DNA of 64,000 bases from positions 744,001 through 808,000 of the forward strand of contig NEEC01000013.1 in assembly GCA_002189035.1 (NCBI GenBank), written 5' to 3'. The notes under the pieces are model-generated. The model was given only the letters and a program-made list of their open reading frames with translations. It was not told the DNA's origin and ran no database searches. The position numbers and the translations under genes are program-made. Positions within the stretch are counted from its first letter, which is position 1. Every line of letters begins with the position of its first letter. The stretch comes from Utricularia gibba (Eukaryota > Plantae > Magnoliophyta). This document shows, piece by piece, positions 23,801-46,722 of the stretch.

Positions 23801-26241
23801 AACAGTACATAAAAAATTATTCTGATTTAAAAATTATTACTGGCTTGATTTAGATTTGAACATGCTCAGTGCTGTGGTTTACCTGATTTTTATAATAACT
23901 GGCTTTCAGAAAGTAGCAGAATGTGTGAAGCTGGCTTCAGAGCTTTTAGGGAGAGGAACATCTGACAGCAGAGATTCTGCTATGAAACTGATTTCTGAAG
24001 GGCTTTTAGTAAGCTCTCATTCAGAAAAGTTGCTTCAAATGAAGGCCAAAACTCTTTTTATGGTATAAATTTTATCTTGAATGAACAGCATAACTTTAGG
24101 ATTCTTGTATATCATTGTGCATTCGTCCCCACACTTCATTTTTTTATTTACATGTGTGCAATCTCCCATTATTCTATTTGCAGCAGAAGAAATATGAAGA
24201 ACTGATTCAGCTATGCGAGCAAATTCTTGGTTATGCAGAATCTAATTTTCTATTAGCTGATGATGGGAGCCTTCACATGGAAATTAATGGACCTGAGCAG
24301 AAGAAAGCTCCCTCTTTCAGGGTATGGTGCTGTTTTTTGATCGTCAAATCATATTTCCATATGGGAAAGCTTGAGGAAGCCCTTCTGTTTGTGAAGAACA
24401 AAGATGAGTCAGATTTGAATTTAAAAAGGTAATCGTAGTCGTCATATGAATAAGCAATTGTATACCTTTAGTATTGACTATCCAATTTTTCGGCTTAAAA
24501 TATTTTTAATATTATCCTCAGTGAAAATGGAAACTTGGAGGCAATGCTTCCGTTGATTGACATAATCCGCAAGCTCCTACACCACAAGGTAAGGTTCACT
24601 CTATGATTAATGCACATGAGAATTTAATCCTCTTGGTTTAGCACACGATTGAGTAGATAAGATCTTAATGTTACTGCTTTGTATTACTTTTCGAAGCACT
24701 TTCTGAGCATTTTTTATATTCCCATTGAATATGGGTTCAATGTGTTAGACAGGGAATCCATTACAAATTGTTTTTTGTTTTATTGTTTTGCTTTTCAGTC
24801 ATTTTGGTTCCTTATAATGAATTTCTTAACTATTCAGGGTGCTGGAAATGAAGCATACAATGCACGAAAGAATGCAGAAGCTGTTGAACATTACAGCGCT
24901 GCAATATCATGTTCTGTTGAATCACGTCCTTTTGCGGCAATATGTTTTTGTAACCGTGCTGCTGCATATCGAGCCATAGGCCAAACATTGGATGCCATAT
25001 CTGATTGCAGCATAGCCATTGCACTCGATGGAAGTTATTACAAGGTTTGCTTTGAAAACATTTGTTTAGGCATCAGGGACCATATAAATTTGCAGCAACT
25101 ACTATACTTTCAACACTTCTGTGCTTTGTAGATTAAGGTTTTATTATCATTTGGAGTGGCTGCTTAATCTATCTCATACATTTTCAGGCCATATCCAGAC
25201 GAGCTGCATTGTACGAACTGATCAGAGATTATGGAGAAGCAGCTACTGATTATCGGAAACTTATGTCCCTTTTAAGGAAACAAGGTGATCAGAAGATTAA
25301 CTCAGGTGGAGCATCTGATGTATTAGATTATAAAAATGAGCTCTCGCAAGCTCAACAAAAAATATTGAAAATGGAAGAGGCTGGATCAAATGAAATTCCC
25401 TTAAATTTCTACCTCATTCTGTAAGTTTTTTCTTCTTTGTTTCTTTTTCCTCTTGGAGAGAACGGGAGTCCGTTAATCTGTACATCTGGGAGCACTTGCA
25501 TGGTGGGAATTCAATGCAATTGGTTTTTTCTAATTTTATTTTGTTACTGGTTCAATGCCAGGGGAGTTGACCAATCTGCTGATGCACTAGAAATCAAGAA
25601 AGCCTATCGCAAAGCTGCCCTGAAGTATCACCCAGACAAGGTTTTGCTTCTTTGATTCTATGGTTTTGCTGCATTGTCATGCTTCCACTGAGTACTGAAC
25701 TCTTTCCTTCTTAGGCTGGTCAATCGTTTGTAAGAAATGAAAACTCAGATGATGCTACCTGGAAGGAAATTGCTGAAGAAGTCCGTAAAGATGCAAACAA
25801 GCTGTTCAGGATGATCGGAGAGGCTTATGCCGTGCTTTCGGATACTGAAAAGGTACTTTGGAATCACATATTGCTTTCATCTATACTCAATTTACTCTTT
25901 GGGGGTGAGGAAGATTCCATATAGTCTACCAGATTAGTTGAGCACGTGCTGGAATCTTAAGTTTGTGTTTTCCACATTGTTTGGTCGTTGCATTACGAAT
26001 TCTTTCTTTGTTTGAATGCAAATTCCAAATGCAGCGATCTCTGTATGATCTGGAAGAAGAGATGCGCTCAGCAGCCAACCAACGGGTAAATCCCTACAGC
26101 ACAAGGGATTTTTCAGAATTTCACAACCACAAGTTCGAGAGAAGCAGCAGCAGCAGCAGCCGGAGATATTGGCAAGATTCCTGGAGACCAGGTGCCTCTT
26201 TTCGAGGCTCGGAACGAAGCAACTACAACTGGTACTCATGA
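20876..26241 (+). CDS. J-domain co-chaperone with TPR repeats (DNAJC7-like, plant TPR15/TPR16 type), 11 exons
   Basis: Long low-complexity exon 1, then CEKWRMK|[55 protein letters not shown], and a J domain [17 protein letters not shown] with HPD motif; stop TGA 26239-26241. Confidence 0.9.
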
Positions 26242-28134
26242 TTCATTTCTAGACCATATTGGGCAATAAATCCAGGTCCAAGAAACTTGAAGAACAGAGG
26301 CATGGTCCATGGCCTACACCCAACTGGATAACTAGCACTGACCCGTAGCACGAGTCCCTTTTTGGAAGCAACAAGGTAGTTGATACCCTTGTTCAGATTG
26401 ATACAACTTGTGGATGTTTTGAGCATGCTAACCGCAGTGGAGGCCGGGCCAGTGAGGCGGATGAGTAGTTGAAGCAGGGCTCCTTGCTACTTGTGTTTGC
26501 ATGTACATAAAAGCACTGTGAGGTGTGTTACCTTGGAGTTGGAGATGGCCAGGCCAAGTCGCTCTACTTCTCCACAAGCGCAGTCAAGCAGAGAGGTTGA
26601 GACAGGAAAACAATCATGAACAAAATGTATGCATAGGCATTGATTGAGACTGAGCCAGACCAGACACACCCGTATGAATATCTCATCTATGGGAATGCAT
26701 TTCACATCTTAACAACATCCAAATGCTGAACACACCTGCCCATGTCAATTGCTCCTTCAAAATGAGGAAGCCTTGTTTGATAATTAATGTTATATAAAAT
26801 TTTTTCTAATTTTTGAAATTATTTTAATTATGACTTTTTTTTTTCTCATTTGAAATTCATCTTTAACATTATAAATAAGTAAAATTTATTGAGTGATAAC
26901 TTTCTGTATCACAATAAATTTTCCTGTAATTGTTGTGATTTAATTGGGTTTAGAATTTTGAAGTGTAAGATAAAGTATTTTTTTTTACATTTAAGGTAAA
27001 TAAATTTTTGGCATTAATTAATATAATTTTATATACAAAATACTTAAAGTGAGTCTAATACATTATTTGAATATGATTTAAGATAAACACATAATGTACG
27101 AATTTAAATTGTTTGAATTTATCTACAATCAGTTTTAAATTAAACTGTCTATTAAACATATCATTAAAATAATATATATTTGATTTGATTTTAATAAATC
27201 CACGTTTCACTATCCGTATTTAAAAGAATTTTAAAATCAGGTAGCCGGAGGAGTGATGCCCTAGACATAGAGAGAGAAAACGAGGGCGTGGTGTCCGTCC
27301 GACTGAAATACATGTATGTATGTATTAAGGTCGCAACGCCCAATCTCTCTGGCTTCACATTCTCGGCAAATTTCTTTCTTTCTTCCCCCATTCTGCTCTG
27401 CCCTCTCTCTATCTCATCCCATCATCGGACATCGATCAAGATTTCGCCCACTCTACACATCCTGCACCTCCTCCTCCCTTTTTGGTTTCTATACGCCAGT
27501 TCTTGTTTTGTTTTATCTCCCCAACCCGGTTGCGCGACAAAAGAAAACGTCTCTCAAAACGCTACCCCTTCCCTTTTTGAACCCATCTTTCCCGCTGCCG
27601 CCGGTCTCCTTCACGTTGCCACCATCGGCGGCGATCCTGCGGCCAACTTACCCGATTTAAGGAAATACCCGCATCCGATATTTTAGTTTTTCCTTTTCGG
27701 CTTTCCATTCAATTTTAACACCCTATTCGTGGAGCTCAAGAGTATTCAGAAACGAATTTGGTATCTTACGCCCCGTAGTCCGTATTCATGTTTGATTAGG
27801 GTTTTCTGCAGTGTGGATTTAGGGTTTCGTGAAATGGGGAGTAATCATGATGAATTTTAAGACATGAACGAGCGATCCGTATCTTTTGGTGTAATAACCT
27901 CTGAAGCAGAGATGAACAACTGCCGTGTTTGTATTATCCAAAAAATCCCTCTTTTTAATAACAGCGTTCTGTGACTTCTGACTACCTTTTGCATTTTTCT
28001 CCAACTCTCTCCTCATATGTTTGTTGCCGGGTTTTATTTCAGAGGCATTTTGAAGGCAAGCTTTCTGCAACAAGAGCTCTTTCGGTTTCTTTTATTTGAC
28101 TGACCGCTCTTTAAATCCATGCAAAGACAAGGAT

Positions 28135-38255
<10,121 letters not shown>

Positions 38256-38910
38256 CCCATCCAGTTGATCGAGGAAGTTGTTGCAACTCTGGTTCAGCCA
38301 TGTGTTTTTTACTCATTGGCTGTTGCTGCACCACGAGGAGAGAACATCACAATTCTCGCACGTTTTGGGAACTGCCAAGTTTGCTGCACTTTTTCTCGAG
38401 TTGGTTAATTAACCAGAGGCCGCTGGAGGTTTGAGAGAAACCATTCAAAATGTAGGAAAGTTGGAAGCGTCTGCAATGGCTGGCACCAAGAGGAAGAGAG
38501 ATATCTACTGGTTACAATTTCCAGTTGAGTTTAAACCCCTTGTCTTGTTATTATACATGAAGAAAAAGAACCTGGTGGTGGATGAGTTGCGGACAGGCAA
38601 TTTTTCTCTGTAATATTGGGAGAAAACTGTAAATAAGAAAAATTTTGATCAGTGAAATACAACTTCATTTCCTGCGACCTATCTCACACCCTCGTTTGGA
38701 ATTCAGTGATTTTGGTGGGGCCTTAGGAAGTATAAAACTTCTCAGACTCCATCAAGAATTTACATTTTTCACCCTCTGCCACTCCATCTTAAACCCCCAA
38801 GCCAAGAATCAGCAAATGAAAGCAAACAGTAATGAGTAAAACCTCCCTATTATATCATCATCTACAAACCCAGGTTAAGGACTGACTGAGTGGAAAGTGT
38901 TGGTAGAATG

Positions 38911-41900
38911 TCAATGAGACATGTCCTCACTTCCAGCTCCCACGCTAGACTTGTCAGGAATCCTGATATTGTATTGTTCAAATACTCTTGTTCGGTTCTC
39001 TGCCCACCATTGTTCTGCCTGCTTCTCGCTAAACCGTTTACGGCTGCATTAAACAAAGGAACCATAATATGCATGGAGACTGCAAGTCACCAAAACGTTT
39101 CTGAATCCAATCGAATGGAAGTGTAAGTTCATGATCCAGATAAGTGATTCCGGCATGCATGAGAACACTAAGTTCAGTGATAAAAATTATGTATGACATA
39201 CCGGGGCATGTTCAAAGCACAATTATACGTAATGGCTGGAATAAAGTTGAAGGGGCAGAATTTAGCTTACAGAAACACACCTGAAACGAACTCGTTTCAA
39301 ATCTTTGAACCCTCCAGGTGATGAGCTAAGGGTAATATATACACCAGGTTCATCGTGCTCAACCCATTCATCTTCAGTACGTGGATCAATTCCCTCCTTG
39401 GTTTTATTATTTCCGTTGTTGATGGCTTCTAGCTTACCTTGCCTGGTTTGAACCAACGCAATAGTGTTTGCGGTACTGGAACCATTAGGCGGTATCAGAT
39501 TCCTTGATTCATAATGTTCCAGATCTTCCACGTGCAGCTGGCCATTTACTCGTTCAACAGCAGCAGGAATTTGATTGGGCGAGAATTCACAAGAATTCAA
39601 GAGAGAGGATTTGATGATTCTAGCAGAATCCACAGGAAGTTTTTCAGCCATTTCCTTCAGCTGAAACAAAATCAGTATCATTAGCCAATGCATTGGGAGT
39701 ATCATCAATCACTCAGTGACGTTGACCAAAAAATCAGTCTGGATAACGATACTTCACAAATTATGCAGTTCAAAAAACAAAAAAAAAAAAGAAGTATCCA
39801 TGGGCTAGTAAATTACTTATTGAATGGTTATGAGCATGCTGATTCTTTTCCACTTTTCCCTCAGGTATGGGGGAACATCGACATTAGCTTCAATGTAAGT
39901 TCACGTGACAAACAGCAAAATGAGGCTTTGTTAGCTTTTTGAGTCGTGGATTAATGTTAATGATGCTTTACAAGAATCTAAAATAAACATAAATAAGTGC
40001 CTATTATTTCAATCTACCGCAAAATTGTTAAAAATTGTTGAGTGCTTTCCCGTTACAAAACAAAGTAACCAATTTTCTCTGGGCGAAGAAGCATATGTAA
40101 GTATTCCAATGCTATAAATTCATGACATGGATAAACACAATAATGCTTCTTACTTGCGCTGTAAGTGACTTGATAACTTCCTTTGCCACTTTGCATTTGG
40201 CAGTCTCTTCGCCAGCAATTGCAATTGCTTCCTTCAGTTGTTTACTTGTTCTATCTAGCTCCAACTCTTGATGTTGAGCCTTGCGTGTCAGATTATCCAC
40301 CTGATCATGGTGAAGGGTGAAAAACATAGCTCACTAAGATACGCAAATTTTGAATAATTGGATTGCAGATAAAAAAGAATAAAAGCTATTGAATCTCTAT
40401 CCATTCTAAGGTAAAACAACAATGATCTGCTGCTGCACCACAAAATCAAATATCCATACTCTTCAGGAAACATACATGACTGATAGCCAGAGATTGTGAT
40501 TGAGAAAAGGAACACGTACAACTGATGCATGATATTTTCCAAGTGAATAAGCATCCAAGCCCAGAAGTCAATGCAATGAAACTGCACTCAGACAAGTAAA
40601 TAACAATAACATACCTGTGCTCTTAAATTTACAACTTCCTGGTTGAGGCTATCATTCGTTGATTTCTCATTGTCGACAGCAAGCATGGGATATATAAGGC
40701 CACCCAAAGTTGGAGTTGGGGTGGTAGAACGAGGAGGACTCACTCGCCTTGATATTGGTGATGTTGCTCGTGAAACAATCCTTGATCCAGGAACTGAAGC
40801 TGAGAAAAATTTCTTCGATGACCCTAACATTGGGTTGAGAGACTTGGACATATTGTCCGGATCCTGTTTAGAGCTTCCATTCCGTATGGGAGATACAAGG
40901 CTGCTATTCAAATCTAGTTTTTTGTTTCTCCTAGTAAACTGGGGCCCCATCTCCTTCAAAGAATCCAGCATTGAAAACCTGGTCAACTGCGAATGAGATT
41001 TAGTACCCATCTTACCATCTTTGTCTACCAAATCATTTTTCCCAGCATTCAAACTTCCCCGTCTACTCACAGATGAATGGCATGATGCGTCAATTTCAAT
41101 AGCTTTCTTCAGTTTGTTGAAACAACTTTCACAAACACGGTATGACTTGTTAGGGTTTGGAGCCATTGATGCCTTAAGTGACTTCTTGTTGCTGCAAGAA
41201 TGACAAAATACTAGTCCACAATTGTAACAGTTATGACGCTTCCTTTTGAAGTTAAATTGAAGGTGGCAACCTGAACAAACAGATTGATCAAGGCATGAGA
41301 CCCACTTATGAAGGCATATAGCAACAGTGAAACTTCTACCACAAACAACCCTTTTTACTTGTTTGTCCTTCAAAGATTCCACTAAAGTTGGAAAATTTCT
41401 CCCTTCAACATCCCCATGACCCAATCTACCATTTGCCCCTTTTCCCCATGTATAAACCTCAGCTCTGGAAGTCAACACTGCAACATGATAGGCACCACAA
41501 GCTATCTCCTCCACCAAACACTTTCCAAGTTTCCCTTCCACGCGACATGGGAGTTTCCCATCAGCCTGAGGGTTCCCCAACTGCCCATAAACTTGACTAC
41601 CCATAACATACACCTGCCCAGATGTTGTAAGAGCAATTGTTAAGGTGTCTCCACAAGCAACCTGGCAAAAGTTTGGTTCTACGAGAGCAGCAACACATGT
41701 TGGGACGAGTTTTGATTCCCTATCACCATGACCAAGACGATACTTGTCACCATCACCCCAGGTAAAAAGCTTTCCTGACGAGCAGTTACTGGAATTTGAG
41801 CTTCCAACCATAACTTCAACAACTGCAGCAGTATGCCAAACACCACATGCGACTCTTAAAGTGCATAGACCCTTCAATGATTCCACTTCTCTTGGCTTTA

Positions 41901-44437
41901 GAACACTTAACCGGTCTCCATGACCAAGAACACCAAAGGTTCCATCACCAAAAGTGAACAACTGTCCTGCAGATGTCACAACAGCAGTATGCCATGGGCC
42001 GCATGAAACAGAAGATATATGAATCCCACTAAGTGGCTCCTCAACTCTTTTGGGAACCCAATGGCTAACCTCATTTCCATGACCCAAAATGCCAAAATGA
42101 CCATGACCCCATGTGTATAAATCTCCAGTAAGGGAGACAGCACAAGAATGGTATTCACCACATGCTACAAGCTCAATGTTACAGTTGCTCAGAGTATCAA
42201 TTAACTTTGGTTGTAAGACATCCGAATCTACACCATGGCCAAGCCTACCGTTGAATTCCTCACCCCAAGAAAATGTCTCTCCCTGTTTCGTCACTATAGT
42301 TGCATGTCTTACACCACAAGCTATGTTATGAACATCTAACAGGACAGCAGACTCTAGGCCCCTAGGCAGCAACGAGTCCATTTTAGGTCCAGAGAAAGTT
42401 CCCACCTTATGCACTCCACCCCCAATAATCCCATCACCAGTTCCTTCGCCCCAAATGTAAACATCCCCAAGGGCATCACCATCATCATGTCCTGAACCAT
42501 GGCTAGAAGAACTCACAGCACTGGACAGACTTACTCTGAAGGCATCCACTCCCATTCCCTTCATGTGGCCATGTAAACCATCTGAGCCTCCAGAAGAGAT
42601 GGAAGCAAGGCCACTAGCAGAATCTTTGGTAAATAAACCCTTGGGAGGCCCAGAATATAATAAAACGTCTGAAAATGCTTTCTCTAAGCCATTTTTAGGA
42701 GGGCTATCATATGGACTGTATACATCGGCAGAATCCTGCCCAAATAAGAATTTTTTTAGTATTTTGTATAAGAAAATATTATGAGCTAACTTACCATACA
42801 AGACCATTGAAAAGAGGAAATGTGATTCTGCCATTGCTTAAATACCACACGTAAGAAAACCCCCCACCTTTAGTAAGCCTTCACCATTTCCAGAGGAGGA
42901 ATGTAGAGGAGAACTACATCTGGTGTATGCCCGCGGACTATTAGCTCCAGATGAGATTCCCTCACTCCTGGATTCATTTCTCCTGTTACATCGATGACTC
43001 CGCAAGATCAATGCCTTAAGCCCACTGAACCACACTTCTGCTTCTTCCTTATCCTTGCATATCTAGCATTTGAAGAAGAGTCATGTAGAACATTAAGAAT
43101 AGCATCAGAAAAAATCAAACAAGAAATGGAAATACAACTTCCATGAGGAATTCAATCAAGGATATCGACCCTCACCAAATCAAGTGACCTGTCATTGTAT
43201 ATAAGAGAAAAGGATTGATATTCCTTCTCAGGTCGTGGGTATCTCTGAAATATTGACTGGAAAATGAAGACAATAAATTAGATCGAATTCGAAATTAGAA
43301 GGAAGTGATCCCATGAAGTCCAGATGCAATATGAAGCATCAACGTTCTAGATTGAAACGATAGTCCATGAACACGAAAGTGTGAAAGCATCAAAATATAT
43401 GTAGGAGGGAACTCACAGTTCGCTGTCCAGAAATGATCTTAGACACATCACTAAGCTTGAGGTGTTTCTCTTCTTTACCTGAGAACCATATCAGGACAGA
43501 TTCATCCTGAAATAAAGTGTTCGACTTGATCATGTAATTCTGCCACGATCTAAAGGATTTTATGAGTAGAACAATAAAAAAGATTTTATGAGTAGAATAA
43601 TAAAGAACACCAATAATAAAAAACATGGATCTTCATAACGACAACGCATGATTCTTTCTATTTAGAAGTCAAAAAATATAAGACTTCAAAATAGTCCATG
43701 AACAATTTAGGAGGTAATATGCGCTTTGCTTACATTTGCCAAGCGAAATGGACAAAACTTGGGCTTTCCTCTTCTTCCGTACTTGAGCAAGTGTGCACCT
43801 TTCTTAAGTGCAGTTATTGCCTGTTCAACCAAAATCAACAACTAATCAAATACCAAACACAGTTACATGCTTTGCACATCAAGAGGAAAAATCATGGGTC
43901 CTAGGTAAATGGTATTGAGAGAAAGCAATATAACATTCAAAAATACGTATGCTAGCAATCCTTCCCAACAGTAACAGAGACCAAAACGACCTGAGATCCA
44001 TTCAATAGGAATTGCAACAAATGTTCCAGATGCGAAGATAAAGAACGATACACTATCCTTGAATTGGCTCTCAGAGAATGAAGCAAGCATCTCAAAATAC
44101 TGCACCTAGTGTTGCATTATATTCCTTATAGATTACATGGGATCAACCAAGTACGTTGCATAGCACTGGACATGAACATTAAAAGGTTTTCGCACGCATC
44201 AGATAGAAATCACATACAAGAAGCACGGGACCATGATCAAATAAGAGAGTTCATTGCGGAGAATCGAAGTCAATGAGTGAGACATACGGTAACGAGGGAA
44301 ATAAAGAGCCAGATGCAAAATGTGAGCATAAACCATTAAAAAAACAAGAAAACCTTGACCTGTTCAATGTCCCGCTCCAATGACCCACCAGCTCTCGTAC
44401 TGTCAGAGATACTCATCCTATTCCTGCTCCACAACAT
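38911..44437 (-). CDS. RLD: PH, RCC1, FYVE and BRX domain protein (RLD/PRAF family), 9 exons
   Basis: ERDIEQ|AITALKKGAHLLKYGRRGKPKFCPFRL (PH); seven RCC1 repeats in the 748-aa ORF; FYVE CSGCHLQFNFKRKRHNCYNCGLVFCHSCS...CESC; BRX domain EWVEHDEPGVYITL...KRVRFSRKRFSEKQAEQWWAENR; stop at 38911-38913. The start could instead be the ATG at 44416. Confidence 0.92.
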
Positions 44438-44734
44438 CAACACAAGAACTCCAACCTTCCTGACCAATCCCCAAGCCTAGACCCCACATTCACCATTTTC
44501 CAACTCCGATCACCCGGTCAAGACGCAGCAAATAAAAAAAGCCCAAAATTCCTCCCAATGCTGCTAACTAACCGTTCCCTCAATCTTAAAAGAAACCTAG
44601 ATTCCCGAACGAACACGACACTAGAACACTAGAGGTACAATACGTTAAAGAAAAATGCAACAAAACGGAAATCCGTGAATCAGCTGCCTCCAGCTCGAAA
44701 AATCCGGAAACACAGGACAGGAAGACAAAAGAGA

Positions 44735-44768
44735 AAAGAGAGAGAGAGAGAGAGAGTGAGTGAGTGAG
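44735..44768. repeat. (GA)n/(GAGT)n microsatellite in the RLD 5' region
   Basis: agagagagagagagagagagagtgagtgagtgagtg seen directly. Confidence 0.9.
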
Positions 44769-46124
44769 TGATGACCACGAGAGACTGCCCAGACCCAGAG
44801 TCGCACAACCCCTCCCTCCATCATACCGGCGACTTGTCAAAACAATAATACGAGTTTCTTTCCCCCAAAAGAGGCTTGTTTGCATTACTACTTTTGAAAA
44901 ACTTGAGCAAATTCGAATAATTATTGAGGCGTAATTTTAGAAACCGATGAATTTTGACGAATTTCTGGAAAAATAGAATAAGAAAGTATTCTATAATTTT
45001 TTCCATATATTTAAATTACAGTAATTAAATAAATTGGTATTGTATGTTCCAAAACTCTATTTTGCAGGAAGAGTTTAAATGGACAGGGAATATAATTTAG
45101 CAGTAGTAAATTTTTTTTTAAGAAACATAAATTATTTTTTTCTATTTTTTGAAAATGAGAAATCAGTAATAAAAGTGGTGGATAATATATTTATTTTATT
45201 TAACAGATATGATGCATTTATAATTGGAATGTGTTAATATATAAACATATTTGATACATGGGTTTAAAATAGATGGATTTAGGTGTTTTGATTATCTAAC
45301 CATCCATATGGGCTGTGTGATTAGTGTGTTGTGTATTACATCATATTTATTTTATTTAAAGTTATATAGACATGTTTTTTAGTATTTAAAAAATAAATTA
45401 TGTTTAGTACGCAGATGTAATTTATTTGATGATAAGTAGTTTGATTTGTAAATTGAAAATAATGAATTTAGAGGTTTTCACATGAAATTATATATTTATA
45501 CTGTATTTATTTATTTAAAAAAATGACTTCCCATTTTACCCATTTACGTTGCTCCCTCCCTCGTCGAACCAGTTACTCTAGTAGGATGCAATGTGTATAA
45601 TTTTAGGATGTGTGATTTTGTTCTCTAGGAATTAGCATGATGCTTTTTGACTTTTTAAAGTACATTTTATCCTACACTTGGGTACACTTGAAATGTAATG
45701 ATTTCGTCCCATATGAGCTGAATGCTCTAAATGTGAATCACAATGCTATGGGGAATCTTCTTCATTCTCCTGAAAGTTGAGCTGATATAGCTACTGAACT
45801 AAAAGAAATCTATAAGGAAAGAATGCGGGAGTGTGACATAGCGCAACATGAGGGAACTGACCAAAGGGGACTTGACTTATCCACATAGAACAATACCAAC
45901 GTCGTCAAGAGCAAAAAACAATGCCTCTTTCCATTTTGATTATCCTACTTCTAAAGATATTTAGATAGCTTAGGGAAAGCAATTGTTATGATGACATGTT
46001 TTTCAAACACCAAACCCTTGCTTGTAGCTCACATCGTGATTGATGTAGATTCTTCCCTAAGTCATCTCACCTTAGAAACTAACTTTCCTGACCAAATAGT
46101 GAAATACAACCCCTCCAACAAATA

Positions 46125-46305
46125 TGGTAAGGAGTGAACATACTAGATTAATTGGATAAATTCAAAGAGAAATAGAATTGAAGCAAAGATTGTAATAATT
46201 TTTTATTCAAATCAAATATATTTGGATTTATAGCAAAAGAACAAACATCCTAAAATCATCATCAACCCAACCGCTAAAAATATCTATAATGGCATGATCC
46301 TCTAT
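46125..46305 (-). mobile_element. Distal part of the 3' LTR of an older antisense copia element (split by the nested insertion)
   Basis: Continues from 51243 on the minus strand once the insert is removed; contains ctataaat and ends ...ttacCA at 46125. Confidence 0.55.
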
Positions 46306-46722
46306 TGATGGAAACCATTGAAGCTTGGCATATGTTTGCAATACGGTGGTTAGGCACATGACCTAAGAATAAGATGATTCAATCTACACAATCACCTAGT
46401 CTACCGAATGACTTGTTAAGTCTATTAGATCTCATTTTTTTCTGTTGAGTTCATTCTAGTTGCACTATAAATAGGTGTTGTCCCTTGGTTTTTTAGTGTG
46501 TGAAATTACAGATTTTTTTCTCAACGTTTTTCCTGTCTTTATTGTATTTTCTTGTCTTCTTTCGTGTGTTGTTTTCTACTTCATGTGTTACTTTGTCTCA
46601 TCATTTTCCATTGTACACATCACCACTTTGCAGCATAGAAACTTGAGAATATCACAAGATACTCCAGAAGATTGTAAAATCAGTGGCTCAACACTGAAAA
46701 CCATCATCCTTTCGGTTCAACA
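46306..46722 (+). repeat. 5' LTR of the nested copia
   Basis: TG...CA termini, TATA ctataaata, direct repeat of 50851-51242. Confidence 0.9.

Noticed and set aside
26223-26705. Two in-frame minus-strand ORFs split by one TAG, antisense to the TPR-DnaJ 3' region
   Set aside because: There is no recognisable motif, the rescuing intron would be only 45 nt, and it most likely reflects chance ORFs in a 3' UTR.
27288-27686. 132-aa and 114-aa ORFs upstream of CHR5
   Set aside because: This is pyrimidine-rich promoter/5'-UTR sequence; the true start MAFFGNY is at 28135, probably after a 5'-UTR intron.
40643-42784. Several plus-strand ORFs of 60-117 aa opposite the RCC1 exon (similar cases occur opposite other long exons)
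   Set aside because: These are shadow ORFs of coding exons with no independent features.
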